A stretch of DNA of 32,000 nucleotides from Longivirga aurantiaca (GCF_042660085.1 NZ_JBHSTI010000002.1:1-32000); one strand, 5' to 3'; positions 8,349 to 23,607 are shown, numbered from the stretch's first letter. The notes: generated from the letters alone by a model not told the origin. A program made the numbers and translations.

Positions 8349-9278
8349 TCAGGCGCGGGTGAGGCGCCCGAGCTCGGCGCCCTCGTAGTCGTAGAGCACG
8401 AGCGTGCCGTCGGACGTGAAGCCGGCGAGCCACGCGCCGCCGAGCCAGCGCGGCGCATCGATGTTGTTGCAGCCGACCAACGTCGAGTTGCCCGAGGTCG
8501 CGATGATGCGGCCCTCGGCGTCGGCGTTCCACCGGCCGCCTCCTCCGTTGCAGCCGTCGGTGCCTTTCCAGAGGCCATCCTCCGCGAGTGTGAAGCCGGG
8601 CGTCTCGCGGTCCAACGCGCCGCTGTCGGCCGGAGCCGTCGCGGGTGGCACGGCGACCCACGCGCCGACCAGCAGCTCTCGAGTTGCCGCGCGTGAGACT
8701 CCCGCGCCCATGCTGGGCGTCGCGTTCAAGGCGCGTCGCATCTCGTCGGTCAGCGAGGCCTGGTCGGGCACGCGTATGCCGGCGTACGCCTTGACCGTCG
8801 GGGGAGCGGCCGGCTCGAGCGTCGCGGACTCCGCCCCGCTCGGGTCTACGAGCCGGATCCCTGTGCCCTCCGGCTGCCACCCGGCCACCGCCTCGAGCCA
8901 GGCCGCGTCGGGCCGCGCGGGCGTGCCGCATTCCCCGGCCCAGCTGCCGAGCGCGGCTGCGAACATCCCCGACGTGCTCGCCCGCCAGGACAGCCCCACT
9001 GCCCCGCAGTCCTGCCACACGGTGACTTCGCCAGGCGAGATCGTCACCAGCAGGCCGGGCGGTGCGCCGTCGGCGCTGACGGACCAGGTTCCGACGAGCG
9101 ATGCGACGTCGAGGTCGCTCGGGCTCGGCGCCGCGCTCGCCGGAGCGCTGGAGGCCGAGCCCCCGGCGGTCCCGCTGCCATCAGCCCCGGGCGCCGTCTC
9201 GGTGCCGCACGACGTCGCGAGCAGCGCGATCGCGGCGAGCGTGCCTGCGAGCCGCAGCAGGCCGGATGCTGGAGCCAT
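8349..9278 (-). CDS. Putative lipoprotein with META-like domain(s)
   Basis: Signal peptide with lipobox LLATSCG; two similar segments (LVGTWSV... and LLVGAWVAV...GCNGGGGRWNADAEGRI...STLVGCNN). Confidence 0.7.
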   Translation of the reverse strand: MAPASGLLRLAGTLAAIALLATSCGTETAPGADGSGTAGGSASSAPASAAPSPSDLDVASLVGTWSVSADGAPPGLLVTISPGEVTVWQDCGAVGLSWRASTSGMFAAALGSWAGECGTPARPDAAWLEAVAGWQPEGTGIRLVDPSGAESATLEPAAPPTVKAYAGIRVPDQASLTDEMRRALNATPSMGAGVSRAATRELLVGAWVAVPPATAPADSGALDRETPGFTLAEDGLWKGTDGCNGGGGRWNADAEGRIIATSGNSTLVGCNNIDAPRWLGGAWLAGFTSDGTLVLYDYEGAELGRLTRA

Positions 9279-9457
9279 CGCCGTCCCCCCTGTGTGTCGA
9301 AGCATCGACGGTACGCGCGGATGCGCACCAGACGCTTGGTCACGCGCGTGATCGCGACGATCCGTGCGAGCCCGGTCGACATGGGCCGCCCCACTCGTCG
9401 GAGTGATCCGCGGCCAATCCGCTCGACGCGCGCACCACGGCGTACGACGATCGAGGC

Positions 9458-9838
9458 ATGGCCTCCACCGTGCACTGCATGACCTTCGATGCGCGCGACA
9501 CCTACGAGCAGGCGAAGTTCTGGGCGGCGGTGCTCGACGTCCCGATGTCGCCCGACGACCAGCCGGGCGACCCGGAGGCGCTCGTGCGCAGCCCGCGCGG
9601 CGACATCCTGTTCGTGGCGACGCCGGACGCGAAGCACACGAAGAACCGCGCCCACCTCGACCTCGAGCCGAGCGACCGAACGCGCGACGCGGAGGTCGAG
9701 CGCATCGTCGCCCTCGGCGCCACGTTCTTCGAGGACCACCGCAACCCCGACGGCACCGGGTGGGTCACGCTGAAGGACCCCGAGGGCAACGAGTTCTGCG
9801 TGGTGCGCAGCGCCGCAGAGCGGGGGGCCGCGCACTAG
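9458..9838 (+). CDS. VOC family (glyoxalase-like) protein
   Basis: MTFDARDTYEQAKFWAAVLDVPM...RAHLDLEPSDRTRDAEVERIVALGATFFED...WVTLKDPEGNEFCVV. Confidence 0.85.
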   Translation: MASTVHCMTFDARDTYEQAKFWAAVLDVPMSPDDQPGDPEALVRSPRGDILFVATPDAKHTKNRAHLDLEPSDRTRDAEVERIVALGATFFEDHRNPDGTGWVTLKDPEGNEFCVVRSAAERGAAH

Positions 9839-11085
9839 GCGGCCGCAGGCAGCTCCCGCTGGTCGGCCGGCGAGGCGAGCGTCGTCGGCGGTCTCGACGC
9901 CGCCCGAACGAGCCCCCGCCCCACGAGGAGCAGCGCGAGCGCGGTGACCAGGCCGCTGCCGACGACGACCGCGCGGACGTCGAGAACGGTCAGCAGCACG
10001 CCGCCGACGGCTGTCGCCACGAGCGCACCTGCACCGACCACGGCCTGCAGCACCGAGACGACGCGTCCGAGCACCTCGCGCGGCGCGCGCCGGACGAGCA
10101 GCGTCTGCCCGAGCACGTTGAGCAACCCGTTGCCGACGCCGACGAGGCACGACGCCGCAGCCGCCACGGCAACCGATGGCGCAAGCCCGAGAACCACCGC
10201 GGCACAAGCCATCAGGAGTGTGCCACCCACCAGCGCCAAGGCAGCGCCGCGGTCGCCGCGCACCCGCCGGGCCGCCCAGGACCCCGCCACGAGGCCGACG
10301 GCGAACACGGTCGCGACCACGCCGTACTCCGTCGGCCCTGCGCCGAGGGTCTGCGTGACGAGGAAGACCTCGGCGACGTTCAGCGCCCCGAGCGCGATGA
10401 CGACCGTCGCCACGACGACGACGTACCCGCGGATGACGGGGTCCGCGCCGACCACGCGCAGGCCCGCGGTGAGCGCGCCGCGCTCACGCCTGCCGCCACT
10501 GTGCGACGCCGATCGCGCGGGCGTCCGCGACACCAGCAGGGCTGCTGCGGCGATGACGACGAAGGTCGCGGCGTCGAGCGCGATCGCCCAACGCGCGCCG
10601 GCACCGGCGACGAGCGCACCGCCGAGGAGCGGCCCGACGAGGGCGGCCGCCGCCGTCGTGCTCTGGACGGTCGAGAGCGCCGCGGTGAGCCGATCCGCCG
10701 GCACGAGGGAGGGCACCCAGGTCTGCCAGGCGGGCCCGAGGAAGGACTGGCCCGCGGCGCGGAGCAGCACGAGGACGACGACGAGCAGGGGGCTGCCCAG
10801 AGGCAGCGCCACGGCGATGCCCAGGCACACCACGGCCTGCAGCAGGGCGGTGACCACCACGATGCCGCGCACCGACAGCCGGTCGGCGGCGAGGCCGGAC
10901 ACCGGCGCGAGCAGCAGCTGAGGCACAGCGGCGGCCAGCACGAGCGCCGCCACGAGGGCCGGCCCGTGCCCGGCCTGGCTCGCCCACAGCAGCAGGGCGA
11001 CGAGCGCCACCTCGTCGCCGACGACGGAGATGCCGCGCCCCGCGGCGACGACCGGGAGGTCTCGGGAGGAGGATCTGAAAGACAT
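9835..11085 (-). CDS. MFS transporter (drug exporter type)
   Basis: About 12 hydrophobic segments, GLAADRLSVRGIVVVTAL motif, internal duplication typical of MFS. Confidence 0.85.
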   Translation of the reverse strand: MSFRSSSRDLPVVAAGRGISVVGDEVALVALLLWASQAGHGPALVAALVLAAAVPQLLLAPVSGLAADRLSVRGIVVVTALLQAVVCLGIAVALPLGSPLLVVVLVLLRAAGQSFLGPAWQTWVPSLVPADRLTAALSTVQSTTAAAALVGPLLGGALVAGAGARWAIALDAATFVVIAAAALLVSRTPARSASHSGGRRERGALTAGLRVVGADPVIRGYVVVVATVVIALGALNVAEVFLVTQTLGAGPTEYGVVATVFAVGLVAGSWAARRVRGDRGAALALVGGTLLMACAAVVLGLAPSVAVAAAASCLVGVGNGLLNVLGQTLLVRRAPREVLGRVVSVLQAVVGAGALVATAVGGVLLTVLDVRAVVVGSGLVTALALLLVGRGLVRAASRPPTTLASPADQRELPAAA

Positions 11086-11158
11086 GCTTCGAAACTATCC
11101 TTTCACATCTACCGCGTGTCAAGACCCGACGACCCCGGCCTGTCGGTACCGTCGGGGC

Positions 11159-11752
11159 GTGGCCCGCAGACCTGCTCCGCCGAAGGGCGACGTCGTCCTC
11201 ACCGACGCCTCGGCCGTCCGCGCCCTCGCCCACCCGGCGAGGCTCGCCGTCATCGACGCGCTGTACGCCGGCGAGGTGCTCACGGCCACGCAGTGCGCCG
11301 CGCTGGCCGGGATCACGCCCAGCGCCATGAGCTATCACCTGCGGGCCCTGGAGAAGCACGGGATCGTGGTCCGCGCGGAAGCCTCCGCCGACGGCCGCGA
11401 GCGCCCCTGGATGCGGGCCGGCGACCGGCTCAGCACCGCGCTGCGCGAGCAGGGGAGGACCGGCCGCGGTGCGGCCGCAGCCTCCGGCCTCCTCGTCGAG
11501 CAGTCGATGGCTCTCGACTCCGACCGGCTCCGGCGCGCGATGGCGTCGGACGGCGACGACGACACCTGGGCGCGGACGACGACGTACAGCCGCGACCTGC
11601 TCGTGCTCACCCCCGAGGAGGCGCGCGCGCTGCGCGAGTCGATTGAGGCGGTCGTCGAGCCGTACCTCGCGGACCGCCGCCGCACCAAGCGGCCCAAGGG
11701 TGCGTCCACGTTCGGCTTCTCGATCGTGCTCGCCCGCGACCCCGACGCCTGA
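11159..11752 (+). CDS. ArsR-family (HTH_20-like) transcriptional regulator
   Basis: VRALAHPARLAVIDALYAGEVLTATQCAALAGITPSAMSYHLRALEKHGIVVRAE; divergent from the MFS gene. Start uncertain. Confidence 0.85.
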   Translation: MARRPAPPKGDVVLTDASAVRALAHPARLAVIDALYAGEVLTATQCAALAGITPSAMSYHLRALEKHGIVVRAEASADGRERPWMRAGDRLSTALREQGRTGRGAAAASGLLVEQSMALDSDRLRRAMASDGDDDTWARTTTYSRDLLVLTPEEARALRESIEAVVEPYLADRRRTKRPKGASTFGFSIVLARDPDA

Positions 11753-11900
11753 CGCCGCACGTCCGACACCCACTCCTGCACCCCTTGGGTCGATCTAGGC
11801 AGTTCACCTGCACGCTCTGACCCGTACTCGTGATCTTGGACGTCGCTGATCGCGTGTCGGGCGTCGTCGGCGGCGGTCGGAGGCTGCCTATGCTGACGAG

Positions 11901-14111
11901 GTGACCGGCACCCACACCGCACCCGCGGAGCAGCGGAGCCGGTCGATGCGCTTCCGGCCCGACGTCGAGGGCCTGCGCGCCATCGCGATCCTCGCGGTCG
12001 TCGGCTACCACGCCGGGCTGCCGTTCCTGCCCGGCGGCTTCGTCGGCGTCGATGTCTTCTTCGTGATCTCCGGCTTCCTCATCACCGGGCTGCTCGTCAG
12101 CGAGGTCGCCCGCACGGGGCATGTGTCGCTCGCGCGCTTCTGGGCCCGCCGCGCACGGCGCCTCCTCCCAGCCGCGACCCTGGTGCTCGCGCTGACGGCA
12201 GCCGTGTCGTTCCTCGTCATCCCCGTGGTCGACCACGAGGTCGTGGGCCTCGACATCGTCGCTGCCGCGTTCTACGTGTCCAACATCCGTTTCGCGGCCC
12301 AGGCCACGAACTACCTCACCGAGGACGCGACGCCGTCGCCCGTGCTGCACTTCTGGTCGCTCGGCGTCGAGGAGCAGTTCTACGTCGTCTGGCCGCTGCT
12401 GATCCTCGCGCTGGTGTGGCTGCTCGTACGCCGTCGTCGCGCTGCCGCGTCGTCCGTCTCCCCGGCCGCTCTGGCGATCGCGCTCACCGCGCTCGGCGTC
12501 GTGTCGTTCGCGCTCTCGCTCTGGCTGACCTCGCGCGTGCAGCCGTGGGCGTTCTTCGGGATGCCCACGCGCGCATGGGAGTTCGCGATCGGTGGGCTGC
12601 TCGCGATCGGTGGCGTGGGCCTCGCGCGGCTGCCGCTCGCACTGCGCGCTGGCGCCGGCTGGATCGGCGCCCTGCTGCTGATCGGGTCGATCGTGCTGAT
12701 CGACGGCAGCCTCCAGTTCCCCGGATGGGCCGCGGTGCCCCCGGTCGTCGGCACGGCCCTGGTGATCCTCGCGGGCACCAGGAGCGACGACGTCGTCCCC
12801 GCGCACGGCGTCCCCGCGCTGCTCAGCACGTGGCCGATGCGCGCACTGGGGCGTCTGTCGTACTCCTGGTACCTCTGGCACTGGCCGGTGCTGATCCTCA
12901 CCGCGGCCGCGCTGGGCGAGCTGTCGGTGCCGGTGAAGCTGGCGCTGGTGCTGCTCGCGCTGATCCCAGCGGCCGTGGCCTACCGCTTCGTCGAGGAGCC
13001 CGTGCGGCACAACCCGCGGCTCGTCGCGGTGCCGGCACGTGCGCTGCGCCTCGGCGCGGTGCTCTCGGTGGGCGCGGCGGTGTGCGGCCTCCTGCTCGGG
13101 TGGCTGCCGGGTGGGGGATCACTCGCGACCCTCGCGGTCGCGGCCCCCGTCGAGGGTGAGCGCGGGCCGGCGCCGGCCGCGACACCCACCGCTCCTGCGT
13201 CCCCGTCGCCGTCCGCCGAGCCGTCGACGTCGCCCTCGGGGAAGCCGTCGAAGACTCCGAAGCCCAGCGCGTCGGCGACCGTGATCGACTGGCCTGCAGG
13301 CGATCTCACGCCTGACCCCACTGCCGCCCGCAACGACCTGCCGAAGATCTACGGCAACGGCTGCCACCTCGAGCGGGGCAGCACCGCGCCCGCAGACGGT
13401 TGCGCCTTCGGCGACACCGGCTCGGCGACCACCGTGGTGCTGATCGGCGACAGCCACGCGGCGTCCTGGTTCCCGGCGCTCGAGACGCTCGCCACGAAGA
13501 ACGGGTGGCGGCTGCTGTCGTGGACGAAGTCGGGCTGCCCCGCGCCCGACGTCACGATCTTCCAGCGCAAGCTCTCCCGCCCGTACGACGAGTGCGACAC
13601 CTGGCGCAGGACGGTGCTCGACCGCCTCACGTCGTCCGACAAGCCGGCGCTCGTGGTCGCCGCGGGCACGCGCACGGAGTCGCTCGTCGACCGGTCGAAC
13701 GGGTCGCGCCTCGAGGGCACGGGGCGCGCGGGGGCGGAGTGGCAGGCCGGCTGGGGCCGCACGCTGTCCGAGCTGACGAAGGCCGGCGTGCCCGTGGCCG
13801 TCATGCGCGACACCCCGTGGCCCGGCAAGGACATGGCCGTATGCGTGGGGCAGAACCGCGGCAACCCGTCCGCGTGCGACGTCACGCGCGACGCGCTCGA
13901 CGGCACGAAGTACGACGTCGGGATGGCCGCGAAGTACGACGGCGCGACCGGCGTCGACCTGTCGGACGTGATCTGCGACGTCGATCGCTGCCCGGCCACC
14001 CACGGCAAGTACCTCGTCTACCGCGACACCGACCACCTCACCGCGACCTTCAGCACCGCGCTCGCGCCGTACCTCAACGCGAAGCTCAAGCCCCTCCTGG
14101 CCGCCCGCTGA
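11901..14111 (+). CDS. Acyltransferase family (OafA/YrhL type, acyltransferase_3) with C-terminal SGNH domain
   Basis: RFRPDVEGLRAIAILAVVGYHAGLPFLPGGFVGVDVFFVISGFLIT and C-terminal VVLIGDSHAASWFPALETL, DTDHLT. Confidence 0.93.
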   Translation: MTGTHTAPAEQRSRSMRFRPDVEGLRAIAILAVVGYHAGLPFLPGGFVGVDVFFVISGFLITGLLVSEVARTGHVSLARFWARRARRLLPAATLVLALTAAVSFLVIPVVDHEVVGLDIVAAAFYVSNIRFAAQATNYLTEDATPSPVLHFWSLGVEEQFYVVWPLLILALVWLLVRRRRAAASSVSPAALAIALTALGVVSFALSLWLTSRVQPWAFFGMPTRAWEFAIGGLLAIGGVGLARLPLALRAGAGWIGALLLIGSIVLIDGSLQFPGWAAVPPVVGTALVILAGTRSDDVVPAHGVPALLSTWPMRALGRLSYSWYLWHWPVLILTAAALGELSVPVKLALVLLALIPAAVAYRFVEEPVRHNPRLVAVPARALRLGAVLSVGAAVCGLLLGWLPGGGSLATLAVAAPVEGERGPAPAATPTAPASPSPSAEPSTSPSGKPSKTPKPSASATVIDWPAGDLTPDPTAARNDLPKIYGNGCHLERGSTAPADGCAFGDTGSATTVVLIGDSHAASWFPALETLATKNGWRLLSWTKSGCPAPDVTIFQRKLSRPYDECDTWRRTVLDRLTSSDKPALVVAAGTRTESLVDRSNGSRLEGTGRAGAEWQAGWGRTLSELTKAGVPVAVMRDTPWPGKDMAVCVGQNRGNPSACDVTRDALDGTKYDVGMAAKYDGATGVDLSDVICDVDRCPATHGKYLVYRDTDHLTATFSTALAPYLNAKLKPLLAAR

Positions 14112-14148
14112 CCGCACTTTCGTGCCCCTCAGGGCCCAGAGGTGCGGT
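14111..14148. terminator. Possible bidirectional terminator between convergent genes
   Basis: accgcac ... gtgcggt (7-bp stem) spanning the gap between stops at 14111 and 14152. Confidence 0.3.
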
Positions 14149-14151
14149 GGT

Positions 14152-16425
<2,274 letters not shown>

Positions 16426-16640
16426 GAGGGATGTTACCGGCCAGTAACCTACCCGACCGGCGGCGTAGGTGCCCACGCTACCGACGCCGTGTACCGAGCG
16501 CTGCGGGTGGCGTTCCGCCGCACGCCGCGTCCGCGAGCGCCGGCAGCCGCGGCCAACCCGCGCGCACGTGACCCAGGTCACGCCCGGACGCCGCGCCCCG
16601 CGGGAAGCATCGGCGCAATGGCTGTCGTTATGTCATCTGA

Positions 16641-16661
16641 CATGAGTCGAACAGACTCAAG
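16641..16661. promoter_or_regulatory. HAIR-like element (HspR operator)
   Basis: CATGAGT-CGAACAG-ACTCAAG versus HAIR consensus CTTGAGT-N7-ACTCAAG (one mismatch); hspR is downstream in the same cluster. Confidence 0.85.
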
Positions 16662-16808
16662 TTATCTGACTTTCAGATTGACACCGAATGTGAGGCCGGG
16701 CAGTCTCGACCTCAGTCGGCACCCGCGACACCCGCCGCGGGCGCCCACCAGCACCGATCGGACGTCCGCTCCAGGGGACGCCCGGACCCGACACGAAAGG
16801 CACGTCCC

Positions 16809-18655
<1,847 letters not shown>

Positions 18656-18659
<4 letters not shown>

Positions 18660-19231
18660 CCGAGCAGAACGACGGCGGCTTCTCCTTCCAGGACAAGCGC
18701 CGCATCGATCCCGAGACGGGTGAGGTCCGGGAGCAGGCAGCTGCTCCCGGGCCCGCCCCGGACGAGTTCGAGCAGATCGTCGAGGGCCTGGTCGTCGACG
18801 GCGCCGGCACCGAGACCGACGCCCAGGTGGCCGAGCTCACCGCCGACCTCCAGCGCGTGCACGCCGAGTACGCCAACTACCGGCGTCGCGTCGAGCGCGA
18901 CCGCGAGACGGTGAAGGACCTCGCCGTCGGGGCGGCCGTCGCCGAGCTCCTGCCGGTGCTCGACGACATCGGCCGGGCGCGCGAGCACGGCGACCTCGAG
19001 GGCGCGTTCAAGAGCGTGGCCGAGGCGCTCGTGGCCACGGTCGCGCGGATGGGCCTCGAGACGTACGGCGTCGCGGGCGACCCGTTCGACCCGACGCTGC
19101 ACGAGGCGATCAGCCACACCCACAGCGCCGAGGTGCAGGGCCCCACCTGCATCCAGGTGTTCCAGCCCGGCTACCGCTACGCAGGCAAGGTCCTCCGCGC
19201 CGCCATCGTCGCCGTCGCCGACCCCGAGTAG
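18656..19231 (+). CDS. grpE: Nucleotide exchange factor GrpE
   Basis: [22 protein letters not shown]...[28 protein letters not shown]...[14 protein letters not shown]; GTG start overlaps the dnaK stop. Confidence 0.97.
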
Positions 19232-19272
19232 CACCACGCCCCACGGCGCCAGACACCAGAGAGGAGGACGCC

Positions 19273-20475
19273 GTGAGCCAGAAGGACTGGATCGAGAAGG
19301 ACTTCTACAAGGTCCTCGGCGTCCCCAAGGACGCGTCGCAGGACGACATCAAGAAGGCGTTCCGCAAGCTCGCGAAGAAGAACCATCCCGACTCGAACGA
19401 GAACGACCCGAAGGCCGAGGCCCGCTTCAAGGAGGCCTCGGAGGCGTACGACGTGCTCTCCAGCGAGACCAAGCGCAAGGAGTACGACGAGGCACGCTCG
19501 CTGTTCGGCAGCGGCGGCTTCCGCATGCCGCAGGGCGGTTTCAACCCCAATGCGGGCGGTCAGGGCGGCGGAGTGCCGTTCGACCTGTCCGACCTCCTCG
19601 GCCGCGTCAACACCGGCGGCCAGGGTGGCGCGGGCAGCGGGGGCTTCGGCGACGTCCTCGGCGGCCTGTTCAACCGGGGCGGCGGCGCGCGCACGCGCGC
19701 ACGCCGCGGCGCCGACATCGAGAGCACCGTCACGCTGTCCTTCGACGAGGCGCTCGAGGGCGTCACCCTCCCGCTGCGGCTCACCTCGGATGCGCCGTGC
19801 GGCGTCTGCTCGGGCACCGGCGCGCGCAACGGCACGACGCCGCGCATGTGCCCGACCTGCCAGGGCGCGGGCCAGGTCAACCGCAACGCCGGTGGCTTCG
19901 CGTTCCCCGAGCCGTGCCGCGCCTGCCGCGGCCGCGGGCTCGTCGTCGACGACCCGTGCCCGAACTGCCAGGGCAGCGGCCATGCGCCCAGCACCCGCAC
20001 GGTGCAGGCGCGCATCCCGGCCGGGGTGAAGAGCGGCCAGAAGATCAAGCTGCGCGGAAAGGGCGCGGCCGGCGAGGGCGGCGGCGAGGCCGGCGACCTG
20101 CTGGTCGTCGTGAAGGTGTCGCCGCACCCCGTGTTCGGCCGCGACGGCGACAACCTCACGGTCAGCGTGCCCGTCACGTTCGCCGAGGCGGCGCTCGGCG
20201 CCGACATCGACGTCCCCACCCCGGGGGGAGGCTCGGTCAAGGTTCGCCTGTCCGAGGGGACGCAGTCGGGTCGCATGCTGCGCGTGCGCGGCAAGGGCGT
20301 CACCCGCAGGGACGGCACGAAGGGCGACCTCGTCGTCACCGTCGACGTCGCCGTTCCTTCCCGGCTCTCGCACGACGCCAAGGAGGCCCTCAAGGCGTAC
20401 GCCGCCTCCACGGCCGAGCACGACCCGCGGGCCGATCTGCTCTCGCGGGCCCGGAAGGCCGACGGTGCGTCATGA
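19273..20475 (+). CDS. dnaJ: Chaperone DnaJ
   Basis: [34 protein letters not shown]-domain and four CxxCxGxG-type zinc motifs ([33 protein letters not shown]). Confidence 0.97.
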   Translation: MSQKDWIEKDFYKVLGVPKDASQDDIKKAFRKLAKKNHPDSNENDPKAEARFKEASEAYDVLSSETKRKEYDEARSLFGSGGFRMPQGGFNPNAGGQGGGVPFDLSDLLGRVNTGGQGGAGSGGFGDVLGGLFNRGGGARTRARRGADIESTVTLSFDEALEGVTLPLRLTSDAPCGVCSGTGARNGTTPRMCPTCQGAGQVNRNAGGFAFPEPCRACRGRGLVVDDPCPNCQGSGHAPSTRTVQARIPAGVKSGQKIKLRGKGAAGEGGGEAGDLLVVVKVSPHPVFGRDGDNLTVSVPVTFAEAALGADIDVPTPGGGSVKVRLSEGTQSGRMLRVRGKGVTRRDGTKGDLVVTVDVAVPSRLSHDAKEALKAYAASTAEHDPRADLLSRARKADGAS

Positions 20476-20876
20476 GCGACAACCGTCTCCGGCCCGACGA
20501 GTACACGCCCGTCTACGTGATCTCGGTGGCGGCGCAGATCGCGGGCATGCACCCGCAGACGCTGCGCCAGTACGACCGGCTCGGGCTCGTCTCGCCCGAC
20601 CGCACCGGCGGCCGCAACCGGCTCTACTCGCTGCACGACATCGCGCGCCTGCGTGAGGTCGCGCGGCTCACCGGCGAGGGCGTCAACCTCGCGGGCATCG
20701 CCCGCATCCTGCAGCTCGAGTCCGAGAACGAGCGTCTGCGCTCGGAGGTCGGGCTGCTCCGCGCCGAGGTCCAGCGCCTGCGACCCACCCTCGGCTCACG
20801 TACCGCGTCCGGCGCCGGCGAGCCCGGCACCGCCCTGGTCGTCTGGCGCCCCCGCCCCGCCGACCGCGCCCGCTGA
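20472..20876 (+). CDS. hspR: Heat shock regulator HspR (MerR family)
   Basis: [62 protein letters not shown]; overlaps the dnaJ stop (ATGA). Confidence 0.95.
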   Translation: MSDNRLRPDEYTPVYVISVAAQIAGMHPQTLRQYDRLGLVSPDRTGGRNRLYSLHDIARLREVARLTGEGVNLAGIARILQLESENERLRSEVGLLRAEVQRLRPTLGSRTASGAGEPGTALVVWRPRPADRAR

Positions 20877-20951
20877 CGCAGCGGACCAGCACGCAGCCCG
20901 ATCCCAGAGCACCGGCCGACGCCGGCCAGCACCACCGGAGGTGAACCCCTC

Positions 20952-23543
20952 ATGGATCTCCAGCTCACGACCAAGAGCCAGGAGGCGCTCGCGGGCGCCG
21001 TCCGGCGCGCTGCGACGTCCGGCCAGGCCCAGGTCGAGCCGCTGCACCTGCTCGGCACCCTGCTCGCGCAGGGCAGCAGCGGCGACGGCATCGCGACCGC
21101 CGTCCTCGACAAGGTCGGCGTCGACCGCGCCGCGCTCACGACGAGCGTCAACGCCGCCCTCGACCGCATGCCGTCGGCCATGGGCCAGACCGTGCAGTCG
21201 CCGCAGCTCTCGCCCGCGATGTTCCGCGTCATGCAGGACGCCGACGCCAGCGCCAAGGAGCGCGGCGACCAGTTCGTGTCGACCGAGCACCTGCTCGTCG
21301 GCCTCGCCCAGCAGGGCGGCGCCGGGGTCAGCGACGCCCTCGCCGCAGCAGGCGCGACGCCGGCCGCGCTCGTCGACGCGATCTCGTCCGTCCGGCAGCG
21401 CCCGGTCACGAGTGCCGAGCCCGAGCAGACCTTCCAGGCGCTCGAGAAGTTCGGCGTCGACCTCACCGCGCTCGCCCGCGACGGCAAGATCGACCCCGTC
21501 ATCGGCCGCGACTCCGAGATCCGCCGCGTCGTGCAGGTGCTCAGCCGTCGTACCAAGAACAACCCGGTGCTGATCGGCGAGCCGGGTGTCGGCAAGACCG
21601 CCGTCGTCGAGGGCCTCGCGCAGCGCATCGTCGCGGGCGACGTGCCCGACTCGCTGCGCGGCAAGCGGCTCATCTCGCTCGACCTCGCGGCGATGCTCGC
21701 CGGTGCGCAGTTCCGCGGCCAGTTCGAGGAGCGGCTCAAGAGCGTGCTCGACGAGATCAAGGGCAGCAACGGCGAGGTCGTCACGTTCATCGACGAGCTC
21801 CACACCGTGGTCGGCGCGGGCGCCAGCGGCGACTCCGCGATGGACGCCGGCAACATGCTCAAGCCGATGCTCGCCCGCGGCGAGCTGCGCATGGTCGGTG
21901 CCACCACGCTCGACGAGTACCGCGAGCGGATCGAGAAGGACCCCGCCCTCGAGCGCCGCTTCCAGCAGGTGCTGGTGGGCGAGCCGAGCGTCGAGGACAC
22001 CGTGGGGATCCTGCGCGGCATCAAGGAGAAGTACGAGGCGCACCACAAGGTCGCCATCGCCGACTCCGCCCTCGTCGCAGCCGCCACGCTGTCGGACCGT
22101 TACATCACCAGTCGCTTCCTCCCCGACAAGGCGATCGACCTCGTCGACGAGGCGGCCTCGCGCCTGCGCATGGAGATCGACTCCTCGCCGGTCGAGATCG
22201 ACCAGCTCCAGCGCCAGGTCGACCGCATGAAGATGGAGGAGCTCGCCCTCTCGCGCGAGACCGACGACGCCTCGATCGAGCGTCTCGCGAAGCTGCGCTC
22301 GGACCTCGGCGACCGCAGCGAGGAGCTGCGCGCGATGCGCGTGCGCTGGGACGCCGAGAAGACCGGGCTCGACAAGGTCGGCGACCTGAAGATCCGGCTC
22401 GACGAGCTGCGCATGCTCCTCGACCGCGCCCAGCGCGACGGCGACCTCGAGCAGGCATCGCGCCTTCTGTACGCAGAGATCCCGAACCTCGAGCGCCAGC
22501 TCGACGAGGCCGTCTCCTCCTCGTCCGACCGCTCGCGCATGGTGCGCGAGGAGGTCGGCCCCGACGACGTCGCCGAGGTCGTGGCTGCGTGGACCGGCAT
22601 CCCGGCCGGCCGCCTGCTCGAGGGCGAGACCGCCAAGCTCCTGCGGATGGAGGAGGAGCTCGGCCACCGCGTCGTGGGCCAGAAGGAGGCCGTGCAGGCG
22701 GTGTCCGACGCCGTGCGCCGCGCGCGCGCCGGCGTCTCCGACCCGGACCGCCCCACCGGCTCGTTCCTCTTCCTCGGCCCCACGGGTGTCGGCAAGACCG
22801 AGCTGGCGAAGGCGCTCGCCGAGTTCCTCTTCGACGACGAGCGCGCGATGACGCGCATCGACATGAGCGAGTATGGCGAGAAGCACTCGGTCGCACGGCT
22901 CGTCGGTGCGCCGCCGGGATACGTCGGCTACGACGAGGGCGGCCAGCTCACCGAGGCCGTCCGCCGTCGCCCGTACACCGTGGTGCTGTTCGACGAGATC
23001 GAGAAGGCGCACCCCGAGGTCTTCGACATCCTGCTGCAGGTGCTCGACGACGGCCGCCTCACCGACGGCCAGGGCCGCACGGTCGACTTCCGCAACGCGA
23101 TCCTCGTGCTCACGTCCAACCTGGGCTCGAGCGTGCTCGCCGACGCGACGCTGTCGGCGGAGGCGAAGAACGAGGCCGTCATGAACGTCGTGCGCGCGAG
23201 CTTCAAGCCCGAGTTCCTCAACCGCCTCGACGACACCGTGATGTTCCACCCGCTGGGGATCGAGGAGCTGTCGACGATCGTGGCGCTGCAGGTCGATCTC
23301 CTCGCGGCCCGCCTGCGCGACCGGCGGCTCGGCCTCGAGGTCACGCCGGCGGCCCGGGACTGGTTGGCCCTCAACGGCTTCGACCCGGCGTACGGCGCCC
23401 GGCCCCTGCGCCGGCTGGTGCAGACGGCGATCGGCGACCAGCTCGCGAAGTCGATCCTCGGCGGCGAGGTGGTCGACGGCGACCGCGTGCTCGTCGACGT
23501 CGCCCCCGAGGGCGACCGCCTCGTGGTGTCGGCCCAGCGCTGA
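20952..23543 (+). CDS. clpB: ATP-dependent disaggregase ClpB
   Basis: LTTKSQEAL...; Walker A motifs [18 protein letters not shown] and [19 protein letters not shown]; linking coiled-coil middle domain. Confidence 0.97.
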   Translation: MDLQLTTKSQEALAGAVRRAATSGQAQVEPLHLLGTLLAQGSSGDGIATAVLDKVGVDRAALTTSVNAALDRMPSAMGQTVQSPQLSPAMFRVMQDADASAKERGDQFVSTEHLLVGLAQQGGAGVSDALAAAGATPAALVDAISSVRQRPVTSAEPEQTFQALEKFGVDLTALARDGKIDPVIGRDSEIRRVVQVLSRRTKNNPVLIGEPGVGKTAVVEGLAQRIVAGDVPDSLRGKRLISLDLAAMLAGAQFRGQFEERLKSVLDEIKGSNGEVVTFIDELHTVVGAGASGDSAMDAGNMLKPMLARGELRMVGATTLDEYRERIEKDPALERRFQQVLVGEPSVEDTVGILRGIKEKYEAHHKVAIADSALVAAATLSDRYITSRFLPDKAIDLVDEAASRLRMEIDSSPVEIDQLQRQVDRMKMEELALSRETDDASIERLAKLRSDLGDRSEELRAMRVRWDAEKTGLDKVGDLKIRLDELRMLLDRAQRDGDLEQASRLLYAEIPNLERQLDEAVSSSSDRSRMVREEVGPDDVAEVVAAWTGIPAGRLLEGETAKLLRMEEELGHRVVGQKEAVQAVSDAVRRARAGVSDPDRPTGSFLFLGPTGVGKTELAKALAEFLFDDERAMTRIDMSEYGEKHSVARLVGAPPGYVGYDEGGQLTEAVRRRPYTVVLFDEIEKAHPEVFDILLQVLDDGRLTDGQGRTVDFRNAILVLTSNLGSSVLADATLSAEAKNEAVMNVVRASFKPEFLNRLDDTVMFHPLGIEELSTIVALQVDLLAARLRDRRLGLEVTPAARDWLALNGFDPAYGARPLRRLVQTAIGDQLAKSILGGEVVDGDRVLVDVAPEGDRLVVSAQR

Positions 23544-23552
23544 TCCCACGCG

Positions 23553-23598
23553 GTCGGATGCCGGATGCCGTGCGCTGGCCCGGAATCCGGCATCCGAC
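23553..23598. terminator. Perfect 14-bp inverted repeat with 18-nt loop between convergent genes
   Basis: GTCGGATGCCGGAT ... ATCCGGCATCCGAC. Confidence 0.65.
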
Positions 23599-23607
23599 GT
23601 GTTCGGG

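Noticed and set aside
9364-11646. 760-aa plus-strand ORF
   Set aside because: Overlaps the VOC gene, is antisense to the MFS gene and is out of frame with the ArsR gene; composition is artefactual.
16567-16582. CGTGACC-CA-GGTCACG inverted repeat upstream of dnaK
   Set aside because: Real in the sequence, but short and GC-rich in a GC-rich intergenic region; too weak to call as an operator without conservation data.
16678-16683. TTGACA hexamer downstream of the HAIR site, possible -35
   Set aside because: No convincing -10 at the expected 16-18 bp spacing (CAGTCT at 16701-16706).
20624-23549. Large minus-strand ORFs (20624..22087 and 20796..23549)
   Set aside because: Shadow ORFs opposite hspR and clpB.
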